From Vicugna vicugna (lineage: Eukaryota), in contig MU058009.1 of NCBI GenBank assembly GCA_013265495.1, forward strand, positions 3,117,780 through 3,179,779: a stretch of 62,000 nt of DNA. The letters run 5' to 3'. Of the stretch, positions 1 through 13,129 are shown in pieces. The position numbers and the translations under genes are program-made. Below the pieces are notes generated by a model. That model did not search any database and was not told the origin of the DNA. It was given only the letters and a program-made list of their open reading frames with translations. Position 1 is the stretch's first letter, and each line of letters begins with the position of its first letter.

Positions 1-1229
1 TCTCTTGTTACTTTTGATTGATTCTTATACACGGATGAAGGCAGAAAGTGCCGACCAGTCACCCGTCATGCCCGCCGCCAGCACACGCTTGTAATTACCA
101 TGTGGCCGCTCGCTGCCTGTGTGGAGCACATGTGCTTGACCTGACTTGGCAGCGCCTTCCTTCTGGCTTCTTCCTTGAGGGCAGGTCTTGCAGAATTTTG
201 TCTACATAATGTCAATTATTCGGCTGATCATTTCCCTGGAGATTTCCAGCTGATGCACATGGCAACAGAACCAGTTCAAAGGTGCAGGGATGCGCCTGGG
301 TGTAAGAAATGTCCCCACTTTCGTTTCTTGGATGAATGAAGTTTGCACAAAGTGATGCTCTTCCAGCGTGCAGAAATGTCTCTGCGCATCACTTCCCGGG
401 GACCCAGCTGGGGCGGGCTGAGGTGGCGCTTAAAAGCCATCACCCAAAAGGAGAACTCTGCAGAAACCACAAAGTAATTTGCAAGGTACATATTAAAACA
501 GTTGCTTCAGATGCACCCTCAGCCCTCACACATGTTTACACGGTTGGGGAGTTTTGCTTCTTCCATGATGAACTCTACGTGTCTCTGTTTGACTTTCTTT
601 TTCCCTGGACCTGTCCTCTCTCCTTCATTCGCCCTGCTTTCTTCTGCAGATCACCCATGTGTGCTGACTATCTAGATAGCCCCGAGGAAACAAACACAGA
701 AAGCCGCCCGGAAAGAGTGTGGTACGTGGTGGAGCAAGGGGGAAGCGATCCAGGGGGTTTCTCCGTCTCTGAAAGCCCGAGATGGATGCATGGCTAGAAA
801 ATGCCTCATTTAGAGACAGACAGGGAATGTCACCAGGAGGTTCACACTTTCTCATTAAAATCTTGTTCCCCTTCCCAGGACCCCCCGCTCTGACACTGCC
901 GTGGGCAAGGAGAGTGTGGGCCAGGTTTTAAAATAATTATGTAATTGGCCACCTGGCTTTCATAACAATATCTGGCCCTGGACTTTGGGTAAGACCTTAG
1001 GCAGCTTTTTAAACCTGGGAGGTACTTACTCGGAAGGCAATTAAAGTAGGTGTTAGCTGGAGCCACCTGGAAAGGCGTTCTGCCTCACTGATGGGTGGCC
1101 GTCAGGAGGATGGTTTGCAATCCTGCTTCACTGGATCTGAGAGCCCATCTTGGGGCCTGAGGCTGAAGAAGAGGGCCTGGTTCTGCACAATACCTGGCTA
1201 TCATACAGTATTAGAGTAACGATGGCTCT

Positions 1230-1400
1230 CTAAAGGTTTTAATGCTTATTAAGTGCCAGCCATATAGTCAGATGTCATGATATACAAAGTAAACCTCCCG
1301 TGGGAGGTAATGTTACTGTCGTCCTCACTGAGCTGTGAGGACACTGAGGCTTCCAGAGCTGCAGTAGCCTGTCCAAGGTCATCCTGCTTCAAAGCTGCGC
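1230..1400 (-). mobile_element. MIR SINE fragment
   Basis: Degenerate reverse MIR core (gtgaggacactgaggcttccagag...gcctgtccaaggtca). Confidence 0.6.
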
Positions 1401-1654
1401 AGCTGCCACTCGACCCCTGGCCGAGTGTGACGCAGAGCCCAGGCACGTCCGCCCCCTGCTACACTGCCTCCTGGACCGCAGCTGAAGGCGGCCATCCGAG
1501 CGTCGTTGCTCTGCACTGGGGTGGGGAAAGCCTCAGCATCAGGCCCCCCGGCGTTGGGCTTGGGCCCCAGATCCAGGTGCTAACGGGGAGCCTGCGTGAA
1601 TGACCGTGGCTGACGACGGCTGTGATTCCTATGGCGTCCACACGGGTCTCTGAG

Positions 1655-1745
1655 AGCAATGCCTGCCTCATAGGGCCTTGTGATTGAGAAAATGTTTACA
1701 AAGTGCCTGACAAAGGCTAAGTGCCAATAAAATCATGGTTATTAC
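1655..1745 (+). mobile_element. MIR SINE 3' fragment
   Basis: cctgcctcatagggccttgtga...aaagtgcctga...gtgccaataaa resembles the MIR 3' half. Confidence 0.55.
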
Positions 1746-2039
1746 GTTTTATTTTTTTTCCACTTATGAAAGTAAGTGCTGGAGATTTTCAAGCTGTTTC
1801 ACGTTGACAGTTTCAACCATTTTTCTTCCCTTTAATTCTTCATCAAATCATTTCTGTTCAAGATGGAAATCTGTCTTTTGCATTACTTAGGGCTCCGTTT
1901 ACTGAGTTCTTTTTTCCCAGGAAAGTCGTGTTCTTTACACATGAGCACAGTCATTTCTACAAGGGCAGTTCCCTTCTGAGTACTTTTGGGGGTAAAAATG
2001 GTGAGTATTCATGGGTAATAATAATGATTATGATTACAA

Positions 2040-2200
2040 TAATGATTTCCAGTTATTTGGTATTTAGTGCTAATATTTGAAGCCCTTTGGCAAGCATTTT
2101 CAATTAACTGTAAAATAATCCTGTGAGACAAGTGTTATTTTACACATTTTGCAGATTAGCAATGTCAATGTCTGGTTTTGCCTGGTCACGGCTTCTGCTA
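2040..2200 (-). mobile_element. MIR SINE fragment
   Basis: aataatcctgtgagacaagtgttattttacacattttgcagat matches the reverse MIR core. Confidence 0.55.
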
Positions 2201-2877
2201 TGCACCCAAATCTGCGGGCAGCGTGACACCTCTTCTGTGACAAACAGTCCGCTTGCTGGCAGCCGTTCTCACACGGTGTCTGCCAACGCTGGGGGCTTCC
2301 CAGCATCTCAGTATCCCCATCCTCAGTGTTCTCCTCCTCCCCGTGTTCCCCACAAACAGTTCCTGGCACATCCCCCCTCCCCTTCCTGTCCACGGAGACT
2401 GCTCATCCACGAGCTCACACTCACAAGCCTGTCCTCAAACAGGAGGCACTGAAAGTCACAGGACACCGTGCACATGTCTTTAGAGGGTCAGTTTTACTCC
2501 AAGTCGGGGGATTTTAACCAGTTAAGTCATTGTAACCAGTCGTATACATTTTAACGCAGGTTTGCAGCAAAACCTTCTATAGCGTAGAATGCAACATTTA
2601 CATACATTTGAAAATAATGCAGTCTCGGAGTCTCAGAGGAGAATGTATCCCCAGACGCCAGCCATACACGTGTGCTCACGTGCTTCCAGCAGGCCCCTTG
2701 GTGGGAAAGGCTGAGAAGTTTCTGACCGTGGCACTTAGGAGCACGTGTCTGCGGTAGCCGCTGGGGCTCATGGTGAACAGTGAGGAGCGTCTCTGAGCCC
2801 CGCCTGGTGGGAGCTGGGGGCGTAACAGAAGGCATGTGTGCGTCGAAAGCCCAAACCGAGCCTGTTCTAGGGGCATC

Positions 2878-3261
2878 TGAATAAGTTTTCCCTGGTGGCC
2901 AGACCCACATCCCACTGGCTGGGTGGCTCACACAACAGGAATTTGTTTCGCGTGGTTCTGCGGGCTGGAAGGCTAAGGTCTGGATGTCGGCAGTTGGTTT
3001 CTCTAGAAGCCTCCCTCCTTGGTGCGCAGAGGGCCACCTTCCCTCTGTGTGGGCATCCGTGTCTCCCTGTGTGTCCAGATTTCCTCTTTTTATAAGGACC
3101 ACCAGTCAGATTGGATCAGGGCCCACCTTAACAACCTCATTTTACCTTAGTCATCTTTTTTAAAGGCGCTATTTCCAAATAGTCACATTCTGAGGTGCTG
3201 GGGGTTAGGACCTCATATATGAAGTATGGGGGGAGGGTGTGGTACAGTTCAGCTCAGAACA
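2878..3261 (-). mobile_element. MaLR solo LTR (MLT1B/C-like)
   Basis: TG...CA termini; 5-bp TSD gcatc (2873-2877)/gcatt (3262-3266); typical MLT1 motifs ttataaggaccaccagtcagattgga and tttccaaatagtcacattctgaggt. Confidence 0.9.
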
Positions 3262-3266
3262 GCATT

Positions 3267-3680
3267 TGAGCTTCACAAATGAAGTGACACTTAACTGGGC
3301 TCTGAAGAAATAACAGGAGCTCACTGGTTACACAAGTGGATGAGGGTGACATTGGGGAATGGGGCAGGGAAGGAGCCGTTTCATGTTCCCAGAGCCCGAG
3401 ATGAGGGTGAGGTGAGAATGGCAGGCAGGAGAGGTGGAGCTGAGACAGGGACCACACAGGCAGGGTGCCGGGCGGCGTGTGGGGAATGAGAGTTTCTGGA
3501 AAGAGAGGCATGGGTGACCTCGAAGGAGACAGTGACGGGTCAGATCTGCACTCAGACGCATGGTCCTGAGACACGGTGGGGCAGGCAGTGCGGAGAGCAA
3601 GGCTGGAGTGAGGGAGAGAGCTGCAGGAGGACTGACCTGAGCGAGAGGAGGGATCAGGTTCCACAGACTTAACCAGAAGT
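3267..3680 (-). mobile_element. L2 LINE fragment (highly diverged)
   Basis: Purine-rich L2-like text (gaagtgacacttaactgggctctgaaga...). Confidence 0.45.
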
Positions 3681-3774
3681 TTCTTCTTCAGATCTGACTC
3701 AGTTCCCTTCCCTGCTGGTTGATGCCTGGTTCCTTTACTCCCGATGAATGTATTCCTCACTGATATCTTGCAAA

Positions 3775-3970
3775 GTCAGGGTGTGTCAGGCAATGATCTA
3801 CGCCCTTTACCGATGTGAACTCATTTACTCCTCTCAATGATTATTACCCCACTTTACAGAAAGGAAAATTGAGGCACGTGGAGATCACATGGCCTCCCCA
3901 AGGTCAGAGACGTACTGAGGGGAGAGCCAGTGTGCGAGGTCAGGTAGTTTGGCTCTGAAGTCCGTGCTCT
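3775..3970 (-). mobile_element. MIR SINE interrupted by L1; its 5' end resumes at about 5726-5745
   Basis: ccccactttacagaaaggaaaattgaggcac...ccaaggtca...ggctctgaagtccgtgctct; continuation gaccactaccctacactg after the L1. Confidence 0.8.
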
Positions 3971-5711
3971 TTTTTAAAAAATTGAAGCATGGTCAATTTA
4001 CAAGGTGTTAATTTCTGGTATACAGCATAGTGATTCAGTTATACACATATATATTCTTTTTCATATTTCATATCATTATAGGTTATTTCAAGGTATGAAT
4101 ATAGCTCCCTGTGCTCTACAGTGGGACCTTGCTGTTTATCTGTTTTATATACAGTAGTTCATATTTGCAAAACCCAAACTCCTATTTATCCCTCCCCTAC
4201 TTTCCCCTTTGGTAACCATAAGTTTGTTCTTGATGTCTGTGAGTCTGTTTCTGTTTTGTAAATAAGTTCATTTGTGTCATTTTTTAAATCCCACATATAA
4301 GTGATATCATATGATATTTGCCTTTCCTTGTCTGACTTACTTCACTTAGTATGATAATCTCTAGGTCCATCTCTAGGTCCAGTCTAGGTCCATGTTGCTG
4401 AAAAGGGCATTATTTTATTCTTTTTTATGGTTGAATAATATTCCATTGTATATGTACCACATCTTCTTAATCCAGTCATCTGTCAGTGGACATTTCGGTT
4501 GCTTCTGTGTCTTCGCTATTACAAATGGTGCTGCCATGAACATTGGGGTGCATGTGTCTTTTCGAATTAGAGTTTTCTCCAGATATATGCCCAGGAGTGG
4601 GATTGCTGGATCGTAGGGTAGCTCTATTTTTAATTTTTTGAGGAATCTGTATAGTGTTTTCCTTAGTGGGTGCCCCAAATTACATTCCCACCAGCAGCGT
4701 AGGAAGGTTCCCTTTTCTCCCATACCCTCTCCAGCCTTTATCGTTCGTGGACTTTTTAATGATGGCCACTCTGATTGGTGTGAGGTGATACCTCACAGTG
4801 GTTTTGATTTGCATTTCTCTGGTGATTAGCGATGTTGAGCCTATTTTCATGTGCTTATTGACCATCTGTTTGTCTTCTTTGGAGACATGTCTGTTTAGGT
4901 CTTCTGCCCATTTTTGGATTGTTTGTTTTTTTGTTATTGAGATGTATAAGCTGTTTGTATATTTTGGAGATTAAGCCTTTGTCAGTCGCATCATTTGCAA
5001 ATATTTTCTCCCATTCCGTAGGTTGTCTTTTCATTTTGTTTATGATTTCCTTTGCTGTGCAAAAGCTTGTAAGTTTGATTAGGTCCCATTTGTTTATTTC
5101 TGCCTTTTTTTCTATTGCCTTGGGAGACTGACCTAGGAAAACACTGCTGCAATTTATGGTTAGAGAATGTTTTGCCTGTGTTCTCTTCTAGGAGATTTAT
5201 GGTGTCCAGTCTTATGTTTAAGACTTTAAATCACTTTGAGTTTATTTTTGTATATGATGTGAGGGAATGTTCTAACTTCACTGATTTACATGCGGCTGTC
5301 CAGCTTTGCCAACACCAGTTGCCGAAGAGACTGTCTTTTCTCCATTGTATATTCTTGCCTCCTTTGTTGCAGATTAATTGACTGTAGGTGTGTGGATGTA
5401 TTTCTGAGCTCTCTATTCTGTACCATTGAGCCATATGTCTGTTTTGGGGCCAGTACCATGCTGTTTTGATTACTGCAGCTCTGTAGTATTGTCTGACCTC
5501 TGCAAGGGGTATGCCTCCAGCCTTGTTCTTTTTCCTCAGTGTTGCTGTGGCAATTCTGGGTCCTACGTGGCTCCATAGAAATTTTAGGATTAGTTGTTCT
5601 ATTTCTGTGAAAACCTTCCTGTGTAATTTGATAGGAATTGCATTAAATCTGTAGATTGCTTTGGGTAGTATGGCCATTTTAACTTTGCTAATTCTTGCAA
5701 TCCCAGAGCAA
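3971..5711 (-). mobile_element. 5'-truncated LINE-1 (ORF2 C-terminus plus 3' UTR), frameshifted
   Basis: Minus-strand ORFs give L1 ORF2 peptides ([45 protein letters not shown]); T-tract at 3970; degenerate TSD gaagtccgtgctct/gaagcgcaggccct. Confidence 0.97.
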
Positions 5712-6578
5712 GAAGCGCAGGCCCTGGACCACTACCCTACACTGCTCTGTGGAGTGACTGCGGAACCACGGGGTCCACGCAGGGCTGGGGCAAGCTTCCT
5801 GTCCTGCTGGTTTCCAGGAAATGGAGCCTATTCCGCAGAACTCCGTAGGCTTTATAATAAACGCCATTAGATTGACTAAACGTGGATAAATCCTTTCCCA
5901 CACTCCTTGATTTCCTCAGTAATAGGTTTTACGATCAGCTGTTCTTTATTGAATGGCCCCGGTGGGCCGAGGCTGGAGGTGGGCTCTGTCTGAAGGAGCT
6001 CATAGCCTGGACTCCAGAGCGCACAGGAAGAGCCCAGCTAGCTACTCAGTGAAGGGAATGAGAAACGACCCTGGGACTCTCCAGACAGAAAGCTGTCTGC
6101 AGAGGAACGGAGCCGGGGTGGGGAGGGGAAGGGCCTTTCTTTTCGGAGGGGGTTTCCACCCCGTGCTCCCAGGCAGCAGTGCAGGGAGATGGTGGCGGAA
6201 GCGAGGGTAGCACTTTTTACGGAATCCATCACTGAGAAGACGTGGCTACCGTGTCTGATGAGACATCTGGACACGTCTCAGGAATACGCCCACAGGCGAC
6301 AGGATGGAAAGGTGGATTCCTTCGTTCGTTTGCTCCCCACGTTTGCTGATGGCCTACTGCTAAGTGGTCTGGTGAATGAGTATCAGATGAGACCGTCCCA
6401 CAGTACTTCGGTCCCACAGCCTCGCCCCGCGTCCTGCCATCCAGCAGCAGAAAGCTCTTCGCCTGCTTCTAGAACTCAGCTCCCGCTTGTAGGATGCAAG
6501 CCTTTTAACAGAACTGGGTCTCAGTTTCCTCCCCACTCTGCCGGTGAGCCTCCTTCATGTTAAATTCGGCATAAAGTA

Positions 6579-6594
6579 TCACCAGGAGGCGCCC
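6579..6594 (+). promoter_or_regulatory. Candidate CTCF site
   Basis: tcaccaggaggcgccc versus CTCF core CCACCAGGGGGCGC. Confidence 0.45.
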
Positions 6595-9500
6595 TCCTGC
6601 TCTCCACACCGACACGCCACCCGGTTCCTCGGCTTGGAACTAGCATCCCGAGGCGAGGTGCAGATCCGTGACCCCGTCTTCTGGAGCAACGTCACTGTGA
6701 CGCGCGTGTAAACAACTGAGCTCATGGTTACAGTCGCCCATCGTTCCCAAACCAAAAAGCCCTCCCCGAGGGCTTCATTTCCTGGAGGGTTACACGCTCC
6801 ACTGCTCACAGACCGTCTCCCGCTTCTTCGTGTTTACAATGAGGGGGACACAGGCGGCGGCTGATAGACGCCAGGAGGAAATAGACTCAGCTAAGGAACA
6901 AACAGTGGGTGCACACAAATAGTTAAGAACAAACATTGGCTTTATAAAAAAAAAAAAGTCCAGAGTGGAGTGGCCCCCGTCCACTTTACAGAAAGGAGCC
7001 TCGTTCCCACAGACAGGGAACCCTCACTGTGCCCCAGGCCCCCTGGGCTCGGCAGGGATTTGGAAGTCCCCGACAAAGTTTCCTACGACCTGTGATGCAC
7101 CGTTTTGGGAAGGGTGGAAGGTGTGAGGGCTCTGGGCCTCCACTGAGAGGTCACAAGGAAGGGGGCAGAGAGGCCGGGTGGCAGCAGGCGGCTGCTGCCT
7201 TCCTCTGTCTGCAAAGACGGTTCCTTCTGAGGCAGTAGCTGGAGTTGTCACGTGCAAAGTCCCTTCCATCCCCAGGTCCTCCACGTCCACTTTCTAACGT
7301 CTGTCTTTTGCAATGAGGACCGAGTTCATGGCTCTCACTGTCCCCGCTGCTCTGCCTTGGTGGGAAAGGATGACCAGCTAAAATAATACAAAACAATTCA
7401 AATATGCGGAGACTTGGGTTTGCTTTCTTTGGGTGAGTTTACATAAGGGAAGTTGTTATTGAAAAGGGAATTTATCCGAAGTTTCCCGAGCTCATTCCTG
7501 CCCTGGCTCTGTGTGGCCTTCTGCTGGCCCTGCTGCGGGGCTGTGAGTGTCAGCTGCAGTCCTAACCGACTTTGCCCAGAGCTCGAGGTTACAGAGCTGG
7601 CTGCCCGACTTCATCGTGGTTTTCCTCCACGGCGTGAGCATCTAATGGAAACCACGGGGAGCTGGGATTGGGGTGACCTGGGGAGGGTCAATGAAGCTCC
7701 CAGAGCCTCGCCTGTTCCCTGGCCAGCCTGGGATCCACACCATCTGCCCTACCTGCATGAAAAAAGACGAGAAGGACATTGAAAAAAGCACCAGCCTTAT
7801 TACTTGATCACCTTTCGATGCTGAGCAGTAAAGTCAGGAGACTCTGAAAGTCACCCCTGTGGTCTCTGACAACCAGTATGTATTTCCTCAGGTTTCCATG
7901 GCTCCTTGTGCTGTAGCCAGCCACAAAGGGAGGGAGAAAGGACTGTTCTCTCCGGCACTGACTGTCCCAATTCATCAACCTAGAATAAGCCTTTATGTTC
8001 CACTGTCTCTAAATAAAATCTGCTTTGAAGAATCTATGAACATCCCTCTGCATGTCTGTGCCCGTCTTAGCCTCTGTCCCTCCTGCAGGGAACAGCCCGT
8101 CCCCAACACATCTGAGGCCACTTTCCGCCTCCTTTCACCGGGGAGACAAGCCTCCCACCAGGGTGTGAACACAACAGCACACAGCCCAGGCCCGGCTGGA
8201 GTCCCACCCCGGCTCCACCCCGGCAGGCCGTCTCCGAGGTGCGCCCCTTGGAAGGGAGAGTGAGGCCTGGACCCCAGCCGGGTCTGGGCAGATAGGAATT
8301 CCACCGTGGATGCCAATTTAGATTTCCTCTCTTCAGAGGGTTCACACTGCGGGCACAGATAATCTCTTTGGAAGTTTAGATCAAAGAAGTAAGAGTCAAA
8401 GATAAAAGTCGTTCTGTCATGTCTGTGGTGAGAGCCAACAGAATCCCATTGTCACCGCACGAGTTCTTTCCTCGTGTCCCAGCCATGTCCGTCCCTGCCT
8501 CTGGAACCTCCCCTCTGTTCAGTCAGTGCTCACGGGGCACCTCTCTGTGTGTCACTGGTTGGAGTGGGGTGGCAAGCAGCAAACAAGACACATGGCCCCG
8601 CCCTCCCGTGACGTGAACCACCAACGAGGGTGAAACGCGTCAAGTTACAACGGGTGTGTGCAGGTGGCTGCGAGCAGTCCTTGGGGTCTTGACCTTTCCT
8701 AAGGGTCAGGGTAGCCATCCTTGGGGAGGTGATTCTGGACGGGATTTGGGGATGGGGAAGCTACAAGGTACGCTCTGTGACGACTGACCCCACAGGGTGC
8801 CTGACCCAGGAAGTGCTCCCTAAATATTTGTTGAAGCGATAATGGAGGAGTTAACAGAAGGGGATGGAAGAGATTCCAGGTCAAGGGAATTTCACATCTG
8901 ACGGCCATGTGCCCTGCTGTGCCCCACTGAGGTCCTCATGGCTGTGCTGGGGGTGGGGAAGGAGAACCTCAGGAGCTGATGCTGGACAGGGAGCACAGAC
9001 TGGCTGTTCCTTGAACCTTGTTAAGGAGTTTGGGCTTATTCCAGGGTCACAAGGAGCCAACACAAGCTTTGAGGTGCCACGATGCTCAGACAGGTGCTGT
9101 ACCCTTGCAAGGGGTCCTTGTCAAACTCTAATGCACAACCAAACCACGCAGGCATCTTGTTAGGACGCAGACTGACTCAGTAGGTGGAGCCTGGGGTTCC
9201 TGCTGGTTCCGCAACCTACACATTGAGCAGCAAAGGCAGGAGATGCTGCATGAATGTGGGCTCTCTGGCCAGGTCACCACCTGCACCCCTCCTGGTGGAG
9301 GATGTGTGATGTTTACTTTGTTGAGGACAACTACTTCTCAGAGCTGGCGTGGACCTTAATTCTGAGGCTCCTCACATAAGGCACTCCCACTTCTGAGCAG
9401 GAAAGGGGGTCTGTCCCTGGGGAAGTCACCTGCTATGGTGACCCCCGTGTAACAGCAGCAGTGGTGGGTCTGGACCCCAGGTTTCCCTGATCATCAGCTA

Positions 9501-10854
9501 AAAACTTATTCTGTTTCACTAAATAACTCCCTTTCCACATGGCTTTTTTTCCCACCATGTCCCATCAGGATATGGGTGGAGGCCGGCTGTGCCTAGATCA
9601 GGCAGTCAGCCCATGCTGGAGAGGGTTCTGGCCACCATCTGAGTCCTGGAGGATTAACTGCAGAGCTCTCTGGCCTTGGAGCGAGGCCAGCCCAGAAATT
9701 TTCCCAAGCCCGATTAGCCATAGCCTGAGATGTGCTCATGGTAACGCTAGCATGGTCTTTGTCTTCTCTGGATTTTAACGAGTTCGGCTGTGTGCCCATC
9801 AGGTGATGTCCGAGTGCCCAGAGTGAACCACCAGGGCTCCAGCCCCCAGGGTTGGTCCCAGGAAGACCTGCGGTAATGGGAGGTCATGGTGGTGTTAGCA
9901 CACGGGGGGCTGTGGAAGATTCCTCTGCCTGGAAGTGTTCCTGACCTGTTTATCCTTGTTGCTTCAATTCCACTGCCTCATCATCTACCCTGTTTTTAAA
10001 AACCTGAGTAAGAATGAGGCCATCCGCTCTTCCCCAGCCCAGGGAAGAGAAGGCCCCCGCAGTGGGGACGAGGAGCAGGAGAAAGCAGAGAGAGGAGAGG
10101 CAGGAGACACGAGAGGAAACTTGCTAACTTCACCTTCTTGTCCGGGGCCAAGTCTGACTCTGACCTCCAGATGCTTCCTATTTTTGATGGCTCCCAATCA
10201 AAGTTGGTGGTGACGTAAGGAACTGGAGGGAAACCAGGCTTTCAGAGCCTGGGTGGAGTTTACAGTGGAGGTATGAGTAATACCTGACACTTGCCTGTGC
10301 CTCTCTGTCCCCCAGACAGCATGAATCCCTGGAAAGCCACGTGTGCCACCTCCCGGGTGGGACAGAGGTGAGCCCAAGGTCATGGACAGAAGGTACAGGA
10401 TTTCGGAACCGAAGTGAAAAATGCACTTTGGTTCTGGAATACCTACCACGGTCCCTGGAAATGACGCCGAGCCACCTTCAGGGCATTATCACACGTCTGT
10501 CTCATTTTTATCTGAACAGATGCCCGGTCAGGAAGGCAGATGCTCTACTCAGGGCATAAAGGCAACTGAGGGACGTGTGACCCTCAGAACGCAGGCTCTG
10601 AGCGCCACGCTGGGCATTCTCATCCCGTGGATTCGGAGTCTGGTCCTGGAAGCTGAATTTTAGCAGTATGTAGTGAATAGGCAGGCTTGTCCTTGAGAAG
10701 TGCAGATGACTTCATAATCGAGTTGGGGGGTTACCCAGGCTGCTGGATTCGGCCTTTTAGGGGGTGGGAACCAGGTCCAGTTCCTATGGGCATCCTCTCA
10801 GTCAGTGCCCAGCACAGTGCACAGTGCACAGTGCTTCTGCATGTATGATGTTCT

Positions 10855-11003
10855 TTTTGTTTGTTTGTTCTATTTTTCTTTTGTGGGGGGAGGTAATTCA
10901 GTTTATTTATTTATTTATTTTAACGGAGGTACTGAGGATTGAACCCAGGACCTCGTGCACACTAAACACGAGCTCTACCACTAAGCTGTACCCTCCCCCC
11001 ACA
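10855..11003 (-). mobile_element. tRNA-Ala-derived SINE (camelid vic-1-like)
   Basis: Reverse complement has a tRNA-Ala-like head with A/B boxes, an (AAAT)n middle, aattacctcccc and an A-rich tail; TSD catgtatgatgttct (10840-10854)/catgtattacgttct (11010-11024). Confidence 0.9.
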
Positions 11004-11139
11004 CTCCACCATGTATTACGTTCTTAACAAATGCTGGCGGAAGTGTAACGGTCAGGGAAATGTCCATAGAAGTGCAAGGGAGCAGGGGCTCTTTAAATGA
11101 GCAAGGTTTTAGGAAGAAAGATCTGGCCTGGAAGGTAAT

Positions 11140-11425
11140 CTAGAAGGGAGAACTATCAAAGGTTACCAGAGGGGAGGGGTGGGAAGGGGTAAACTGGGAG
11201 TTGGGGATTTGCAGATACACACTACTACATGTAAAACAGTAGACAACAAGCTTGTGCTGCGCAGCACAGGGAGCCGCATTCAGTATCTCACAGTAACCTA
11301 CAATGAAAAAGAATATGAAAATGAACGTATGTGTGTCCATGTATGACTGAAACACTTCGCTGGACACCAGAAATTGACACAACATTGTAAACTGACTATA
11401 ATTCAACTTTAAAAGAAAGAAATGA
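11140..11425 (+). mobile_element. LINE-1 3' UTR fragment
   Basis: ggttaccagaggggagggg...gatttgcagatacacactacta...aacattgtaaactgactata followed by an A-rich tail; homologous to the L1 3' ends at 4.0-4.3 kb and 20.2-20.4 kb. Confidence 0.9.
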
Positions 11426-13129
11426 TAGTTTTTGCTTTTCTTTTTCACCTTTCCATACCCACGATTCCTCCTGGTTCAGCCCGCCGTGAGCTTCTGTCTC
11501 TAAGTGGTAGTGGACGCAGAAGTTCTGCTGTAACAAGAAAACGGAGAAAGGGTGGGGGGCGTCTTCAGGGTCTGATTCCCAAAATAGGATTTCCGAGTTC
11601 CTGATTAGTCTTCAAAGCAGGACTTTACTGAGAGGAAAATATTTTTTTCTAAATTTCTTAAAATACGGATAGCATATCAACAGCCAGCTTTTGGGGGTAA
11701 GCCAGTGAATTTGCTCTAAGTCAGGGGTGCAGGAGTCTCAGGATCCATTTCCCAAAGACAGTCCCCCCCCTTTCTGGAGAGGAGAGAAAGCGCGACCCTT
11801 GCGTCCAGGGAGGGTCGGAAGGGGGAGGCGGCCGGAGCAGTAGGTCGGACCCGGTGTCCTGTCCTGCCTGGCCAGCTGAAGCCCCAGAGGGTGATGCTGG
11901 GAGAGGAGCGGAGTGGAACACAGGGAGCACAGAGTGCTGTGCCCCCTCCTCACTGAGAGCCCCACAGGGCAGAGGGAGCCACAGCAGAAGGACAACGTAA
12001 TGCAGTGGACAACGGGCACGCCTGGGTATTGCTTCTGGGTGCCCCCCAACCCTACCGTGATGGGGAGGGAGGCAGAAACCCCTGTGTGCCCTGGGGGTGC
12101 AGGCTCAGCAGGGGGAGGACGGAGGACATGGCTGAGACTCAAAGTGCTCAGCAGGGCACAAGAGTCCAGCTGGGCTGGTCAGGCAGGACATCCCCAGGCC
12201 CCGTCTGAGTCAAGTAAGCAGAGCAGACACACATGGGGAAGCAGAGGCAGCCGGATGCCCGGAGGTTAGGGAGGTCAGGACGCTGCGGGGCACCCAGAGA
12301 GCCCAGAGCCCAGAGGGGGACTGCGGGCACCTCGATCCGTAGGCATCGTGAGGTCCCAGCCTTCCTGGATGCCCAGGCCCCATCCCGGGACAGACAAAGC
12401 CGGGGAGGGGATGCCTGAAAGACTGACCTTCCCCTGAGAGACTGAATTACCCCAGGGAGACTGTTGGGCCCAAAGGAGACCTGATACTCTCTCCCTCATG
12501 CTGGGTTTGGTTTATGATTGTTGAATTCATTTGAGCCTATGGGAGTTGATGGCTTACACACAGTATCACCTTTTCTTTCTTTTCCACTAAATTCAGAACA
12601 CTGAAGAATGATGCTGAAATCAAACACAGGAGAAGCTCAAGACACCTGCTGAGTAAGCTAGAGCCTGCAGCCTAGACGCCGGTCAGACCAGGTTTCCTGG
12701 AGCTTTGCTCTGAGACCACGTGCGGGGGTGAGTCAGCTGGGGCAGTCTGTTTACCTCGGATCACTTCCTCCCTCCTAAAGGGCGAGACAGTCCTCTAGAC
12801 CCACCCCGCAAGGTGGGCCTGGGCCGGGGCCACGTGTGCGCAGTCCCTGGACGCCTCGCTGGGCAGACGGCAGCTGCTCTGGGGGCAGGCGGAGCCCAGA
12901 GAGATGCCCAGAGGACCCCAGGCCCTCACTCAGTTCCTTATTCCCAACCCCCCTGTGAGGTGTCACTCCTCCACCAAGAGAGGGGACACAGAGGAGGGGG
13001 ACTCGCTTCCGCAGCACCGTCATGGGTAAGGTGTCTATTCTGTGGGCCAGGATGGTCGCCGCGAGGGAGGGGGCGTGTTAGGCAGTGTCTCATAATTAAG
13101 ACAACGCACTTGTTGCTAATCTGAGCAGA

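Noticed and set aside
9125..9240. MER5-like DNA transposon fragment (similar hint at about 29265-29340)
   Set aside because: Only scattered motifs match and termini are unclear; too diverged to call by eye
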